A DNA stretch of 55,094 bases from a bacterium. Lineage in GTDB: Bacteria > Patescibacteriota > Gracilibacteria > UM-FILTER-43-11. Of the stretch, positions 26,601 through 35,116 are shown piece after piece. Made by a program: the position numbers and the translations under genes. Each line of letters begins with the position of its first letter. The stretch's first letter is position 1. The DNA lies in NCBI GenBank assembly GCA_030427295.1, contig JAUHWS010000002.1, forward strand, positions 1 through 55,094. The letters are read 5' to 3'. The notes under the pieces are model-generated. The model searched no databases. It saw nothing but the letters and a program-made list of their open reading frames with translations, and had not been told where the DNA came from.

Positions 26601-29526
26601 CTTAGACCACCCAGAAATTAAGGAGATCATAGAAAGTTCTGAGAGGCTGAAGCGTTTTGGAGAATATTCAAAAGTAAATCCTCACCTAATGCGAGAAGTT
26701 AAATTATTGGTGAAGGGTCGATTATCAGAGGTAGATGAAAAAATTAAAGACTTACTTAAAACAACAGGCACTCTTGATGCAGGTGAAGCGAAGGCTCTTG
26801 CACGTCGAATTGTTAAACACCCGAGTACCGTCGAACAAATTTTTAAGGGCGCTGAACGTGCGGCTGATCAGTTTGTACTCAGTTCGGAATATCTTGCCAA
26901 AGGACCGGCTGCAGCAAATACTGCGAAACAAAATGGACCTCAAAATCCTATCAAAAGCCCAATCACTGGCATTGAATCCCTTAAGCCAACCGACTCACGC
27001 ACTATTAAAGAAATTAAACTCAATGATGAATGGGTCCGTGTGACTGAAGGCCCTTTGGCTGAAGAAAGAGCCATGGGTCGTTATATGAAGGTTGGAAGTG
27101 ATCGGCTCATTCAAGAATATAAGATTAATGGTGAGTGGGTCAGAGTTGCTGATGGACCCAATGCTCTTGAGGAAGCCAAGACAAAGTATATGAAACAGTT
27201 GAAGGTGAATTATACCGGTACACTTAGGCAATTTGAGGTTAATGGGGAATTAATTGCAGTACCTGAGGGGCCGGATGCGATTGAGCAAGCTAAGAAGAGG
27301 TATATGGACATCACTAGGGATAACATTAGTATTTCTGGAAAACGCATTACGCCTGGATTTAATGAATTTAAAATCAACAATGAGTGGATTCGGGTGAGTG
27401 AGGGGGAGGAAGCCCTTGAGCGAGCAAAGAGGAGGTATTTAAAAATAGTCGAACAGCGTACAAAAATAAGTGACGTTGGCAAGCTGAGGGAGTTTAAAAT
27501 CAATGATCAATTGGTTCGTGTGAGTCATGGTCCCGATTTGCATGAGCGGGCAAAGAGGAGATACATAAAAATTGAGGATTCACGAAAGCTCAGAGAATTT
27601 AAAATCAATGATCAATGGATAAAAGTGACTGAAGGACCTGAAGCGCTTAAGCGGGCAAAGACGCGTTATTCAAAACAAGTTCAAGTTGGAAGCTCTCGTA
27701 CCCTTCAAGAATTTAAAATCAATGACCAGTGGATAAAGGTCACCAAAGGCCCCGATGCCCTTGAACGAGCTCAAAGGAGGTACTTAAAAATCAATAAAGT
27801 ACCTCAATCCCCCCCGAAAACCCCTATAAAAACCGCCTCTATCTCCAGAACCAAAACCGCCTTCGGAGGTAAATTTGGGCAAATGGTCCAAGCTCCAAAT
27901 GGTCCTACAACAACACCCGCTCAAACCCCTGAAGCTAAAGCAGCTGCCAAAAAAGGGTTTGAAAAAGCCGCTAAATCGGCTGGTGTGTCGATTGATGTGG
28001 CAGCGATGAAGAATCCACAACTCATTGCATGGTTCCCTGTGTTGAAAGAAATGGTCGGACCTGCAAGTGCTGTGGCGACGATCGCTTATTTGGAAACGGC
28101 GGAAGACAAAAAAAAGGCCTTGGCGGAATCAGCGGTTGGCTTGGCAGCCTTCACTGGAGCACAGAAGGGAACATTCTTTACGCTGGGAAAGATTAATCCA
28201 GCCATGGTCAAATCAAAGCTTGGCCTGGGTATCTCAGTTGTGGCCGGCTTGGGAGCAGCGATTGGAGTGACTGAACCCGTAGCTGAAATTTTAGACGAGT
28301 ATATTCCTAAATTTGTGGGTGATAAACAAGTTTATGCCGAAATTGCCAGTCTGACCGAGAGAATTCTTGGTTATCAGGCGGCCCGTGGCCTGCTCAAACC
28401 TGCCACCAAGGTGGCTCTAAAAGAAGGACTCTCTGTTGGAGCCAAGAGCTTGGCAAAAGTCATCCCTATGAAAGTGAGGAATTCGGTCGGGAAGCGCCTG
28501 GCTTATTTGACCGGAAGCAGCCTGAGTAAAAAACTTGCCATGACCCTAGGAGTGCGTGGAACAGCCATGGCTGCCACCGCTGCCAGCCCGATTCCTGGAG
28601 ATGAGGTCGCCATGTTGGTAATTTTTGGACCCTGGATGGCCAAAGACATTTACGATATTGTCAGTTTGAGCTCCAAAGCATATAGCATCAGCAAAGCCAT
28701 GGATCACTATGGAAAAAAAGAGATTGAGGACATTAAACCTGCCACAGAACAGGATGAAAAGATGTTTGAAGCCACCTTGGCAGGATTGGGCATGAGCGAA
28801 GAAGCCTTTGCCGTCCTTGATGAGGCGAGTAAGCAAAATATTTTTCAATCGATTCCGGACATCACCTACAAAGTCAAACGATCTGGCGAGTCAAACTACA
28901 ATGAGACCTACCGTTTTGTAAAGGGGGAAGTTTACTCAACCACTATTGTGACCCCCGAGGGGGAAACGGTTGAATTATCCGATGAAGAACTCAATCAAGA
29001 CATTAAACTTCCACCACCACAAGAGCTCAAAAAGTGGGATATCGATTACAAGCAAGCTCCAGATGTTTTGAAAGCCAACTATCGTCTGGCCATTTTGATG
29101 GCCAAAGGTGAATGTGGGTGGACCAAGATGGATTTTGACATCCGGAATGATGGCGAAATTGTGATGAAGCGACTGGATGGCAAGAAAGAATCGCTCGTCT
29201 TGCGCCGTCATGGGGACAAGTGGTCTGTGGGTGAATATGGCGATGGTTATGATTTATTCCAGGCCATTGTATTGGGAAACTTGATCAACAAAGTGGGAGG
29301 TATCATCGAAAAAGAGGGTTATCGAGGCGGAAGTGAACGGCCATTTTCAATCACACGCAATGGGATTGAATTTGATAAAAGTTGGAGCGCCTTCAATTTG
29401 GGCATCTTATCGAATGAAGCAGGTTGGCTTGGCTTTTACGACAAAATCGGTCTCAATCAACGGGATGTGATGAAAGCCCTCAACGCTTGGTATCAAGTTG
29501 AGCATGGTAAAAAGGCTCTTGTTTAA
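23626..29526 (+). CDS. Giant membrane-associated repeat protein (about 1,966 aa), function unknown
   Basis: The start is taken at ATG 23626 (MAPPGSRPTSPE) to avoid overlap with the upstream gene. Hydrophobic helices lie near the N-terminus (AAALAGAGVAIAGGMFLSFL, GGLMGTAGFLALCLL) and in the C-terminal third. Seven tandem ~35-45-aa repeats. Confidence 0.8.
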   Translation: MAPPGSRPTSPELAEALKKQREGLSVSELDKRAEQLSKASNDASEIMAIRGEVAPEEQRARLNNLKTNLTSLVAKMVLRNVRVDGLVAHPENFATLSLGLKLDRRAEEASISKITELLEGTGLTCEEVQDPAFWNSIIRDGKQVAEIIRKDAESKSSKNTMEAIKQFAKKNPVAAALAGAGVAIAGGMFLSFLTTEMKDLFRSEKGANWKTRGGLMGTAGFLALCLLKGPEFMEWYEKLEMTQEAKEDVERAVKDGTGKVKEETRRAIEAGGEKAVEAFEGMGVDMETTIEADKEHPPSTLTFSEKDKEKAKYEMATSAFLRLYFFERDFGPDERRTFKQTINDLSDVPFSKIKSVYEANQSNQKVNPSELPGLSADISDELLFSLLEGLVKMSILTEAEQNPEISVYALFVSAGKHPALDQLDGLNGELVDKLKNLDFKGAIDVIGSQSVNLAENVVEFGGKLESQLDINIDHLSGEEKKAYREIQALLLTSSQVSQNPKEAVTNVIKPHQQYQSFPESISMAEVFFEKIKAKTPPILDKVYQHFALDDSGPLRRGVKIETLSFASACELIALEASFENSSETLTSLALLNAVLRAFDNLNDKNSYVGKLSAEVLTKEVSKIKLPGLQKVKAQFDKMAPLAGNALWNWLKDYVQIGYAFSEDNPTDLSGAEFAEQATQAPTISFGREAVGASLEIAGDSLASIVLTLGLEDWIGSCKTGEDFLEMIRVNGGNVAVTENRDGALEVIIEAGGKIFFARPGKIIGQSLYNGSLAGGRLGDGVKIWAVGSAPFVVYGAAKGFFRTVTVPGGRIRLAPISRIANSITGGLKGMTYPAVAGYKGVRAVGRVVRGVSTPRQNLRYLGEKIAQKPRRVYNWGRDIVRYRNRPFQNVDNLATSYRMLKRHYEAVKDLPIKSAGAMHDQWQITRDIRQGWASIRTDAEDIRHALTRQVTLPDTLRNRTLIHQTKKLAWETGKKLNSYFLYEKGEGHLMANLDHPEIKEIIESSERLKRFGEYSKVNPHLMREVKLLVKGRLSEVDEKIKDLLKTTGTLDAGEAKALARRIVKHPSTVEQIFKGAERAADQFVLSSEYLAKGPAAANTAKQNGPQNPIKSPITGIESLKPTDSRTIKEIKLNDEWVRVTEGPLAEERAMGRYMKVGSDRLIQEYKINGEWVRVADGPNALEEAKTKYMKQLKVNYTGTLRQFEVNGELIAVPEGPDAIEQAKKRYMDITRDNISISGKRITPGFNEFKINNEWIRVSEGEEALERAKRRYLKIVEQRTKISDVGKLREFKINDQLVRVSHGPDLHERAKRRYIKIEDSRKLREFKINDQWIKVTEGPEALKRAKTRYSKQVQVGSSRTLQEFKINDQWIKVTKGPDALERAQRRYLKINKVPQSPPKTPIKTASISRTKTAFGGKFGQMVQAPNGPTTTPAQTPEAKAAAKKGFEKAAKSAGVSIDVAAMKNPQLIAWFPVLKEMVGPASAVATIAYLETAEDKKKALAESAVGLAAFTGAQKGTFFTLGKINPAMVKSKLGLGISVVAGLGAAIGVTEPVAEILDEYIPKFVGDKQVYAEIASLTERILGYQAARGLLKPATKVALKEGLSVGAKSLAKVIPMKVRNSVGKRLAYLTGSSLSKKLAMTLGVRGTAMAATAASPIPGDEVAMLVIFGPWMAKDIYDIVSLSSKAYSISKAMDHYGKKEIEDIKPATEQDEKMFEATLAGLGMSEEAFAVLDEASKQNIFQSIPDITYKVKRSGESNYNETYRFVKGEVYSTTIVTPEGETVELSDEELNQDIKLPPPQELKKWDIDYKQAPDVLKANYRLAILMAKGECGWTKMDFDIRNDGEIVMKRLDGKKESLVLRRHGDKWSVGEYGDGYDLFQAIVLGNLINKVGGIIEKEGYRGGSERPFSITRNGIEFDKSWSAFNLGILSNEAGWLGFYDKIGLNQRDVMKALNAWYQVEHGKKALV
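27004..27798 (+). repeat. Seven in-frame tandem repeats inside the giant ORF
   Basis: Repeated motif [RQ]EFKIN[DN][QE]W[IV][RK]V[TS]EGP[ED]ALERAKRRY[LIM]K, seen seven times in the translation. The DNA repeats gaatttaaaatcaatga. Confidence 0.9.
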
Positions 29527-29598
29527 AGCTCTAAATCAATAACGGGAAATCAACATTAAATAGCTGAATAATTCAAAACTTATAGTCAGAAGAGATTT

Positions 29599-30165
29599 TT
29601 AAAGCTGATCGGCGGTTTTTCGACGTCCGTCTGAACTAAAGTAGTTGAAGTACAGAGAGGTGATTTTATCGACGGTGGCATTGAACAGAGATTTGAGCAC
29701 CTGCTTTAAACCTCTGATTCGGGCGATGCTCGCGTTGTATTCTTGTGCCCCACCCACAGCCATATTTTTCTTCAGCTTGGCGGCTTTTTTCATTTCATTT
29801 TTAATTTGCAGATTGATGGCCGTACGAATCTTTTTGATCATCACTTCCTTGCGAGGCAGTGAGCGTTTTTTGAGCCCTGATTTGATTTGGGCCGCTTGAT
29901 CGTCATCATCTGATTGCTGCGTGGAACCGGTTTTGAGATCTCCTTTTTTATCTTCGCGATTTCGTTCTGAAATTCGTTCGCTCGGCGCTTCCATGCCTGC
30001 CATCACATCGGCGACTTCACCTTGAACCCCTTCAGCTTGCTGAAGGACTTGCTTCATCCCCTCCTCGTGTCGTTCGGAGTCTTTTTGTTGGATCAATTGA
30101 TCCACTCGCTCAACTGGAGCGGGTTGTTTTTTGATCGCCTCGTTGTTTTCGGATGACGTGGCCAC
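29599..30165 (-). CDS. Hypothetical charged protein (188 aa)
   Basis: ORF with a GTG start, convergent with the giant gene. No recognisable motif. Confidence 0.5.
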   Translation of the reverse strand: MATSSENNEAIKKQPAPVERVDQLIQQKDSERHEEGMKQVLQQAEGVQGEVADVMAGMEAPSERISERNREDKKGDLKTGSTQQSDDDDQAAQIKSGLKKRSLPRKEVMIKKIRTAINLQIKNEMKKAAKLKKNMAVGGAQEYNASIARIRGLKQVLKSLFNATVDKITSLYFNYFSSDGRRKTADQL

Positions 30166-30233
30166 GTTATATAAAAATGTTATTATCTATATTATAGCAT
30201 TAAATCTTGTTTTTATAAAGGTCTATTGTTAGG

Positions 30234-30896
30234 ATGAGGGCAATGAAAACCTTTTATTCATCCACCTTCATGTCAGTCATTCTTGGGTTTTTGATGATGG
30301 TCAACTCGTCTTCTGAGCCTGTTGTAATTCCTGAACTGGAAGACATCCCTGAATTTAGGAGTATTTTGGACTATCAGGGATTTGAGCCGGGTAAAAATGG
30401 GCCGGTTGCCGTGGAATTTTTCACTCGCTTTACTTGTGACACCTGCCAAGTTTTTGCCATTGAAACGATTGAAAAGATTCATGACACATATAAAGACAGG
30501 GAGGTTGAATTGAATTTACACTTTATTCCAAATGTGGAGGATGAGATGGACGTTTTGGCGACGAAGGCTATTTATTGCGTGGAAGAAGAAAAGTATTGGG
30601 ACATGTTTGATGCCATTTATCGTCTGCCTTTTATCCGTACAGAGGAGATTGATCGCATTGCCTCCGAACTTGAAATGGATTCAGAGTCTTTTCAGAATTG
30701 TCTGACTGATGAGAAAACATTGAATAAAATGGAAGAGGCAAAAAATCATGCCAGCACTCAAAACATTCCAACCATTCCTAGTGGGGTGGTGAATGATATG
30801 CTTTTTGTGGGAAGTCATCCTTTTGAGAATTTAGATCGAAGCATTCGAAAACACTTGGACAAACTACCCGAATCACCCGTCTCCACTCAGCCTTAA
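30234..30896 (+). CDS. DsbA-like thioredoxin-fold protein with N-terminal membrane anchor
   Basis: VEFFTRFTCDTCQVF contains a CxxC in a DsbA-like context. N-terminal hydrophobic segment. Confidence 0.65.
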   Translation: MRAMKTFYSSTFMSVILGFLMMVNSSSEPVVIPELEDIPEFRSILDYQGFEPGKNGPVAVEFFTRFTCDTCQVFAIETIEKIHDTYKDREVELNLHFIPNVEDEMDVLATKAIYCVEEEKYWDMFDAIYRLPFIRTEEIDRIASELEMDSESFQNCLTDEKTLNKMEEAKNHASTQNIPTIPSGVVNDMLFVGSHPFENLDRSIRKHLDKLPESPVSTQP

Positions 30897-30906
30897 TTTT
30901 TTATTT

Positions 30907-31230
30907 ATGGACGATTGTATTTTTTGTAAAATCATTGCCAAAAGTATCCCCAGTGAAACGGTATTTGAGAATGAGGATTTGATTATTTTTAAGGACATCA
31001 ATCCCAAAGCTAGGCATCACTTATTGGTGGTGCCCAAAAAACACATCCCCATGATCAAAGATTTGAACACGGAGGAGGGTGATGGAGATTTAGTGGGACG
31101 CATGGTGTTGGCTGCTCGGGACATTGCAAAAGAAATGAATCTTTCTGGCTACCAGCTCCAATTCAATGTGGATAAATCGGGAGGTCAGGTGGTTTTTCAT
31201 ATTCATTTACATCTTTTGTCGAATGGGTAG
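30907..31230 (+). CDS. HIT-family (histidine triad) protein
   Basis: CIFCKI N-terminus and the HIHLHLL histidine triad. 107 aa. Confidence 0.9.
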   Translation: MDDCIFCKIIAKSIPSETVFENEDLIIFKDINPKARHHLLVVPKKHIPMIKDLNTEEGDGDLVGRMVLAARDIAKEMNLSGYQLQFNVDKSGGQVVFHIHLHLLSNG

Positions 31231-31240
31231 CGGAGGGGTG

Positions 31241-31320
31241 TACGGATAGTTTTACGGATAGTTCTACGGGTTGTTTACGGGTTGTTTATGGATGGTTTAC
31301 GAATAGTTTTACGGATTTTT
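31241..31320. repeat. Tandem 11-12-nt word array (TACGGATAGTTT-like, about 7 units), left arm of an inverted pair
   Basis: TACGGATAGTTT TACGGATAGTTC TACGGGTTGTT TACGGGTTGTT TATGGATGGTT TACGAATAGTTT TACGGATTTTT. Confidence 0.8.
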
Positions 31321-31340
31321 TGGTTTAGTAATATGAAATT

Positions 31341-31694
31341 TTATTTTTTAAGACAATTAATGAGGTTTAATATTCTCACTGATAGATTTTTATAACGCTT
31401 AGCAAATTGAATGAAGGTCTTTTCTGCTAGTAGCTTCTTATTAAAAAGCACTTGGAGATGATGCTGGGTTTCATCACTAAATCCCAAGGCGTTATTTAAA
31501 AAACGAATGAATTCTTTTTTGTAATATTGCTTTCCACATCCTTCTACAATGTTTGCTGATATGGAAGAAGATGATCTCAGGATCTGCCCACAGGCATTTT
31601 CAAATTTGTGATTAGGAATTTGACAAACAACCAAATAGAGCTCAGACTCGAGCTGGTGTGAAATTTGATAGATCTTCAACTGGCTAAAAATCAT
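31341..31694 (-). CDS. Four-helix-bundle protein (23S rRNA intervening-sequence protein family)
   Basis: 117 aa. The QILRSSSSISANIVEG motif is typical of this family. Confidence 0.8.
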   Translation of the reverse strand: MIFSQLKIYQISHQLESELYLVVCQIPNHKFENACGQILRSSSSISANIVEGCGKQYYKKEFIRFLNNALGFSDETQHHLQVLFNKKLLAEKTFIQFAKRYKNLSVRILNLINCLKK

Positions 31695-31744
31695 CTAAAA
31701 AAACTTTATTAAGGAGTTATTATACTTTTATTGAATGGAATCTG

Positions 31745-31810
31745 TCAATCAAACCATTCGTTAACTATTCGTTTATCAACTCGTCAATCGATTCGTAAAT
31801 CCATTCGAAC
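31745..31810. repeat. Tandem word array (ATTCGT-containing, about 5 units), complementary right arm of the inverted pair
   Basis: AAACCATTCGT TAACTATTCGT TTATCAACTCGT CAATCGATTCGT AAATCCATTCGA, the imperfect reverse complement of the 31241-31320 words. Confidence 0.75.
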
Positions 31811-31811
31811 C

Positions 31812-32480
31812 ATGAAAGGAAACTTATACATTATCCCCACCCCCATCGGCAATCTTGAAGATCTAACTTTTCGCGCCAAACGGCTTTTGGAAGAAGTGGA
31901 CTTGATTGCCTGTGAAGATACGAGGCACACCGGTATTTTACTGAAACATTACGGAATTCAGACGCCCAAACTCTCTTTTCACAGTCATAGTGGACAAGCG
32001 AAGGTGGACAAAATCATCGCCTTTTTAAAGGAGGGAAAAGATGTAGCTTTAGTGTCTGATGCTGGCACTCCTGGGATTTCGGATCCGGGTTACAATTTGG
32101 TTCAAGCCGCGCTTGAAAATGAGGTCACGGTAACTCCCCTGCCCGGGGCTTCAGCGGTGACCACCGCCCTATCTGCCAGCGGACTGCCCACGGATAAATT
32201 TTTGTACTTGGGATTTTTGCCTGTTAAAAAAGGTCGTCAGACCCTCTTCAAAAAAATGGCTGAGAGTGAGTATACCGTGGTGTTTTATGAATCTCCTCAC
32301 CGACTTAAAAAAACCCTGACCCAGTTGGTGGAACATGTGGGAGAGGATCGAATCATCAGCATTGCCAAAGAGCTCACTAAAATTCATGAAACTTATTATC
32401 GGGGTGAATTAAATCTCATCCTGAATGAGCTTCCTGAAACGATAAAGGGTGAGTATGTGGTCATGATTAAGCCGAAATAA
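31812..32480 (+). CDS. rsmI: 16S rRNA (cytidine1402-2'-O)-methyltransferase
   Basis: The start is taken at MKGNLYIIPTPIGNLEDLTFRA (ATG 31812). The tracked upstream extension only translates the word-repeat array. ACEDTR and DAGTPGISDPG motifs. Confidence 0.9.
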   Translation: MKGNLYIIPTPIGNLEDLTFRAKRLLEEVDLIACEDTRHTGILLKHYGIQTPKLSFHSHSGQAKVDKIIAFLKEGKDVALVSDAGTPGISDPGYNLVQAALENEVTVTPLPGASAVTTALSASGLPTDKFLYLGFLPVKKGRQTLFKKMAESEYTVVFYESPHRLKKTLTQLVEHVGEDRIISIAKELTKIHETYYRGELNLILNELPETIKGEYVVMIKPK

Positions 32481-32516
32481 CTGGTCTCCATTTTATTCAC
32501 TTAAAGGCTGGTGAAA

Positions 32517-32594
32517 GTAGCTTACAGAGCTTATAAAGCTTATAGAGCCTAATAAGCTAGCGAAGCGACTAAGCTTTGTAAGCTTCTAAACTAC
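32517..32594. repeat. Word-repeat hairpin 3' of rsmI
   Basis: AGCTTACAGAGCTTATAAAGCTTATAGAGCC ... CTAAGCTTTGTAAGCT with outer GTAG/CTAC. Built from AGCTTAT-type words. Confidence 0.65.
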
Positions 32595-32673
32595 ATTGAT
32601 GATTCTTATTGGAATGCGTAATGTGAGTTACATCATTATTTTTTACATCTAAAAAAACCTCTAAAATAAGACC

Positions 32674-33216
32674 ATGAAACCATCCATCACTTTGAACGGG
32701 CATGCATTCACACCACTCATCCCCCACTCAAAAATCATAGCCTCCATCGAGCGCCTGGCGGATGAAATCGATGGTGACTTTAAAGACAAGCCTGTGACTT
32801 TTTTGGTGGTTCTAAAGGGGGCTTTTATGTTTGCAGCGGAATTGATGCAAGCCATGAAAAAGGAGGTGGAGGTCGAGTTTATTCGGGTGAAATCCTATGA
32901 GGGAAAGGAATCCTCCGGTCAGATTCAAAGCGATTTTGGAGCACTGGATCTGAAGGGAAAATCTGTGGTCATTGTTGAAGACATTGTGGACACCGGAACC
33001 ACTCTGGAGTTTTTAAACGGAGCGCTTCAAAAAATGGGTGTGATGGACATCAAGGTTGCCACGCTCTTTTTTAAGCCTCAAACTTACCAAAAAGACCTCC
33101 CCATTGATTACGTGGGTATTGAACTTAAAGACCAATTTGTGGTGGGATTTGGCCTAGACTTTGATGAAGCTGGACGTACTTTGCCTGATCTTTACGTGGA
33201 AGCAAATGAAATGTGA
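32674..33216 (+). CDS. hpt: Hypoxanthine phosphoribosyltransferase
   Basis: PRPP-binding motif VVIVEDIVDTGTTL. 180 aa. Confidence 0.92.
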   Translation: MKPSITLNGHAFTPLIPHSKIIASIERLADEIDGDFKDKPVTFLVVLKGAFMFAAELMQAMKKEVEVEFIRVKSYEGKESSGQIQSDFGALDLKGKSVVIVEDIVDTGTTLEFLNGALQKMGVMDIKVATLFFKPQTYQKDLPIDYVGIELKDQFVVGFGLDFDEAGRTLPDLYVEANEM

Positions 33217-33222
33217 AGCGTA

Positions 33223-33792
33223 TTACTCTTCACCACCCCTCTCCCCTAGGAAACTTGAAACCACGAAGACAATAGCAGGCAATGAGAACCAAATGTTATA
33301 ATTGTTGATCATGGTTTGGACCATGAAAGAGCTACGATAGAGATTCATGACCGCCTCGTTGAGTACCACCCCTCCATCTTGAACGAGCGAGGCTCCTGAG
33401 GTATAAATCAAAATCGTACTGGTGATGAGCCCCGCGCTCAAAACGCCATAAGCCAAATTTAGCATGATACCGGTGATGCTCGATCGGGGCTGGTCCATGT
33501 TGATGGTGAATCGGCCTCGGGTGGCAATAAGCACAATCGCTGCCACAAAGATGAAAATCTTGATCACAATCAAACTCGCCTCGACATTAGTCACCTGAAT
33601 ACGTCCGGCCACGGCATCCTCGCCAATGAAATAGTATTGGACTAAATTTCCAATCCCATCCGCTGTTAAAATCGCAATATAACTGGCAATGATGATTTTG
33701 AGGGTTTGGTTGCGTCCAATAATAAAACTGTACGCGATGATGACCGCGAAGAATACAATAACGAAGAGGTCCCAGGTGAGATTGATATCCAT
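33223..33792 (-). CDS. Integral membrane protein, CvpA-like (tentative)
   Basis: Four or five hydrophobic helices. The N-terminus resembles the colicin V production protein family. The assignment is weak. Confidence 0.4.
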   Translation of the reverse strand: MDINLTWDLFVIVFFAVIIAYSFIIGRNQTLKIIIASYIAILTADGIGNLVQYYFIGEDAVAGRIQVTNVEASLIVIKIFIFVAAIVLIATRGRFTINMDQPRSSITGIMLNLAYGVLSAGLITSTILIYTSGASLVQDGGVVLNEAVMNLYRSSFMVQTMINNYNIWFSLPAIVFVVSSFLGERGGEE

Positions 33793-33892
33793 TTTTTATT
33801 TGTTTTTTTGGATGTCCTCATTGGACAAAAAAATTATACGCCAGCCATGCCTGTTGCGCAAATTTAAATTTTAATCCACTATTTTGGAGGAC

Positions 33893-34477
33893 CTATTTTT
33901 TATTGGCTTTTCGGTCATAATAGCGTTCAAAAAATTGGCTGATCACGATGGCCAAAGATAGTATCGCAAAATAGTACCCGAGTATTGCTCCGAGCGAAAT
34001 ATTCATTTGATATTTGAACATAGCAATTAGAAAAACACTATACCATGAAGTAGCGGATACTGCGCCCAAGCCAAATGCTAATTTGTACCAGCCGCGTCCC
34101 ATTTTTTCTTGATGCTTAAAGTTAAAATACAATAGGCGGGGAGCGATCCATAAATGCAAAGCAATTCCATTGACTGTCAAAATGCCAACCAAAATCATTT
34201 TGGCTAAAAAAGGATCAGATTGCCTATATAACTCGGGATTGGCAAGATAAATCGCCAATCCGCTAAGAATAATGAAACCCAAGGCAATGAGGACGATGGA
34301 TTTGAGTAAGTTTAAAACCTGATGTTCTTTTTTTGAAATCCGGTAATCCTTTAAAAACCTAAAAAACATGATGTCTGAAATGGTCGCTCCTCCTAAGCCC
34401 ATGGCTATCGCTAAAAGGTGGACGGTTAAGAATTTTAGTTTATGAGGCCCCAGGAAACCGAAAAATGCTTCTTCCAT
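33893..34477 (-). CDS. Integral membrane protein, unknown function
   Basis: 194 aa with about five predicted helices. Confidence 0.55.
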   Translation of the reverse strand: MEEAFFGFLGPHKLKFLTVHLLAIAMGLGGATISDIMFFRFLKDYRISKKEHQVLNLLKSIVLIALGFIILSGLAIYLANPELYRQSDPFLAKMILVGILTVNGIALHLWIAPRLLYFNFKHQEKMGRGWYKLAFGLGAVSATSWYSVFLIAMFKYQMNISLGAILGYYFAILSLAIVISQFFERYYDRKANKK

Positions 34478-34615
34478 AATTTGACTTATTTTTTATTTTA
34501 TTGTATAATTTTATATTACCTTTGATCTCCATGATTGTATCAAAATTGCTTGCTGACACCTAATGAGATTGATGCATCATCCGAATTTAAAGCCTATCCT
34601 TCCAAAATAAAAACA

Positions 34616-35116
34616 ATGAAAGAAAAAATAATCCGTTTTCTCAATCAGCACACCACCCGTATTGTTGATGATAACAATAGAAAATTTAAGCTCTATCCCA
34701 AATGGCTCATTTGGTTCATTCTTTTCTTGAGTTACAATGTTCTGCTTCAAGGCATCGCAGATGTACTTATTAAGGTGTCTGGTTACACTCCCTGGTTCTA
34801 CGCCTTGCCCGCCCGTTGGGATTTCTTGTTTTTAACAGGCGTCTCTGTTTTGATGGGGTATCAGGTGCTCATTGGGATGCGTCGGCGCGAATTGGATGTG
34901 ACTCGGAATTCCTTTGCACTGGGGATTTTAGTTGAAGCTGGGCTGGTGATTTCTGATGTGCTTCACCTGATTGACTATGCGAGCCATCATGAATATTTGT
35001 TGGCCATCCGCATGCCCTTTATTGTCTTGACCACTATCAATTTAACCATCTTGGTGGCCATTGCCCGCCATTTGAAGTTGTTTAGGGGACGCAAGGGGGA
35101 ATTTGAGTTGGCCTAA
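34616..35116 (+). CDS. Integral membrane protein, unknown function
   Basis: The start is taken at ATG 34616 (MKEKIIRF) rather than the tracked TTG at 34535. Four hydrophobic helices. Confidence 0.5.
   Translation: MKEKIIRFLNQHTTRIVDDNNRKFKLYPKWLIWFILFLSYNVLLQGIADVLIKVSGYTPWFYALPARWDFLFLTGVSVLMGYQVLIGMRRRELDVTRNSFALGILVEAGLVISDVLHLIDYASHHEYLLAIRMPFIVLTTINLTILVAIARHLKLFRGRKGEFELA

Noticed and set aside
31731-31811. N-terminal extension of rsmI (MNGICQSNHSLTIRLSTRQSIRKSIRT)
   Set aside because: The extension merely translates the ATTCGT word-repeat array. The conserved RsmI N-terminus begins at the Met at 31812.
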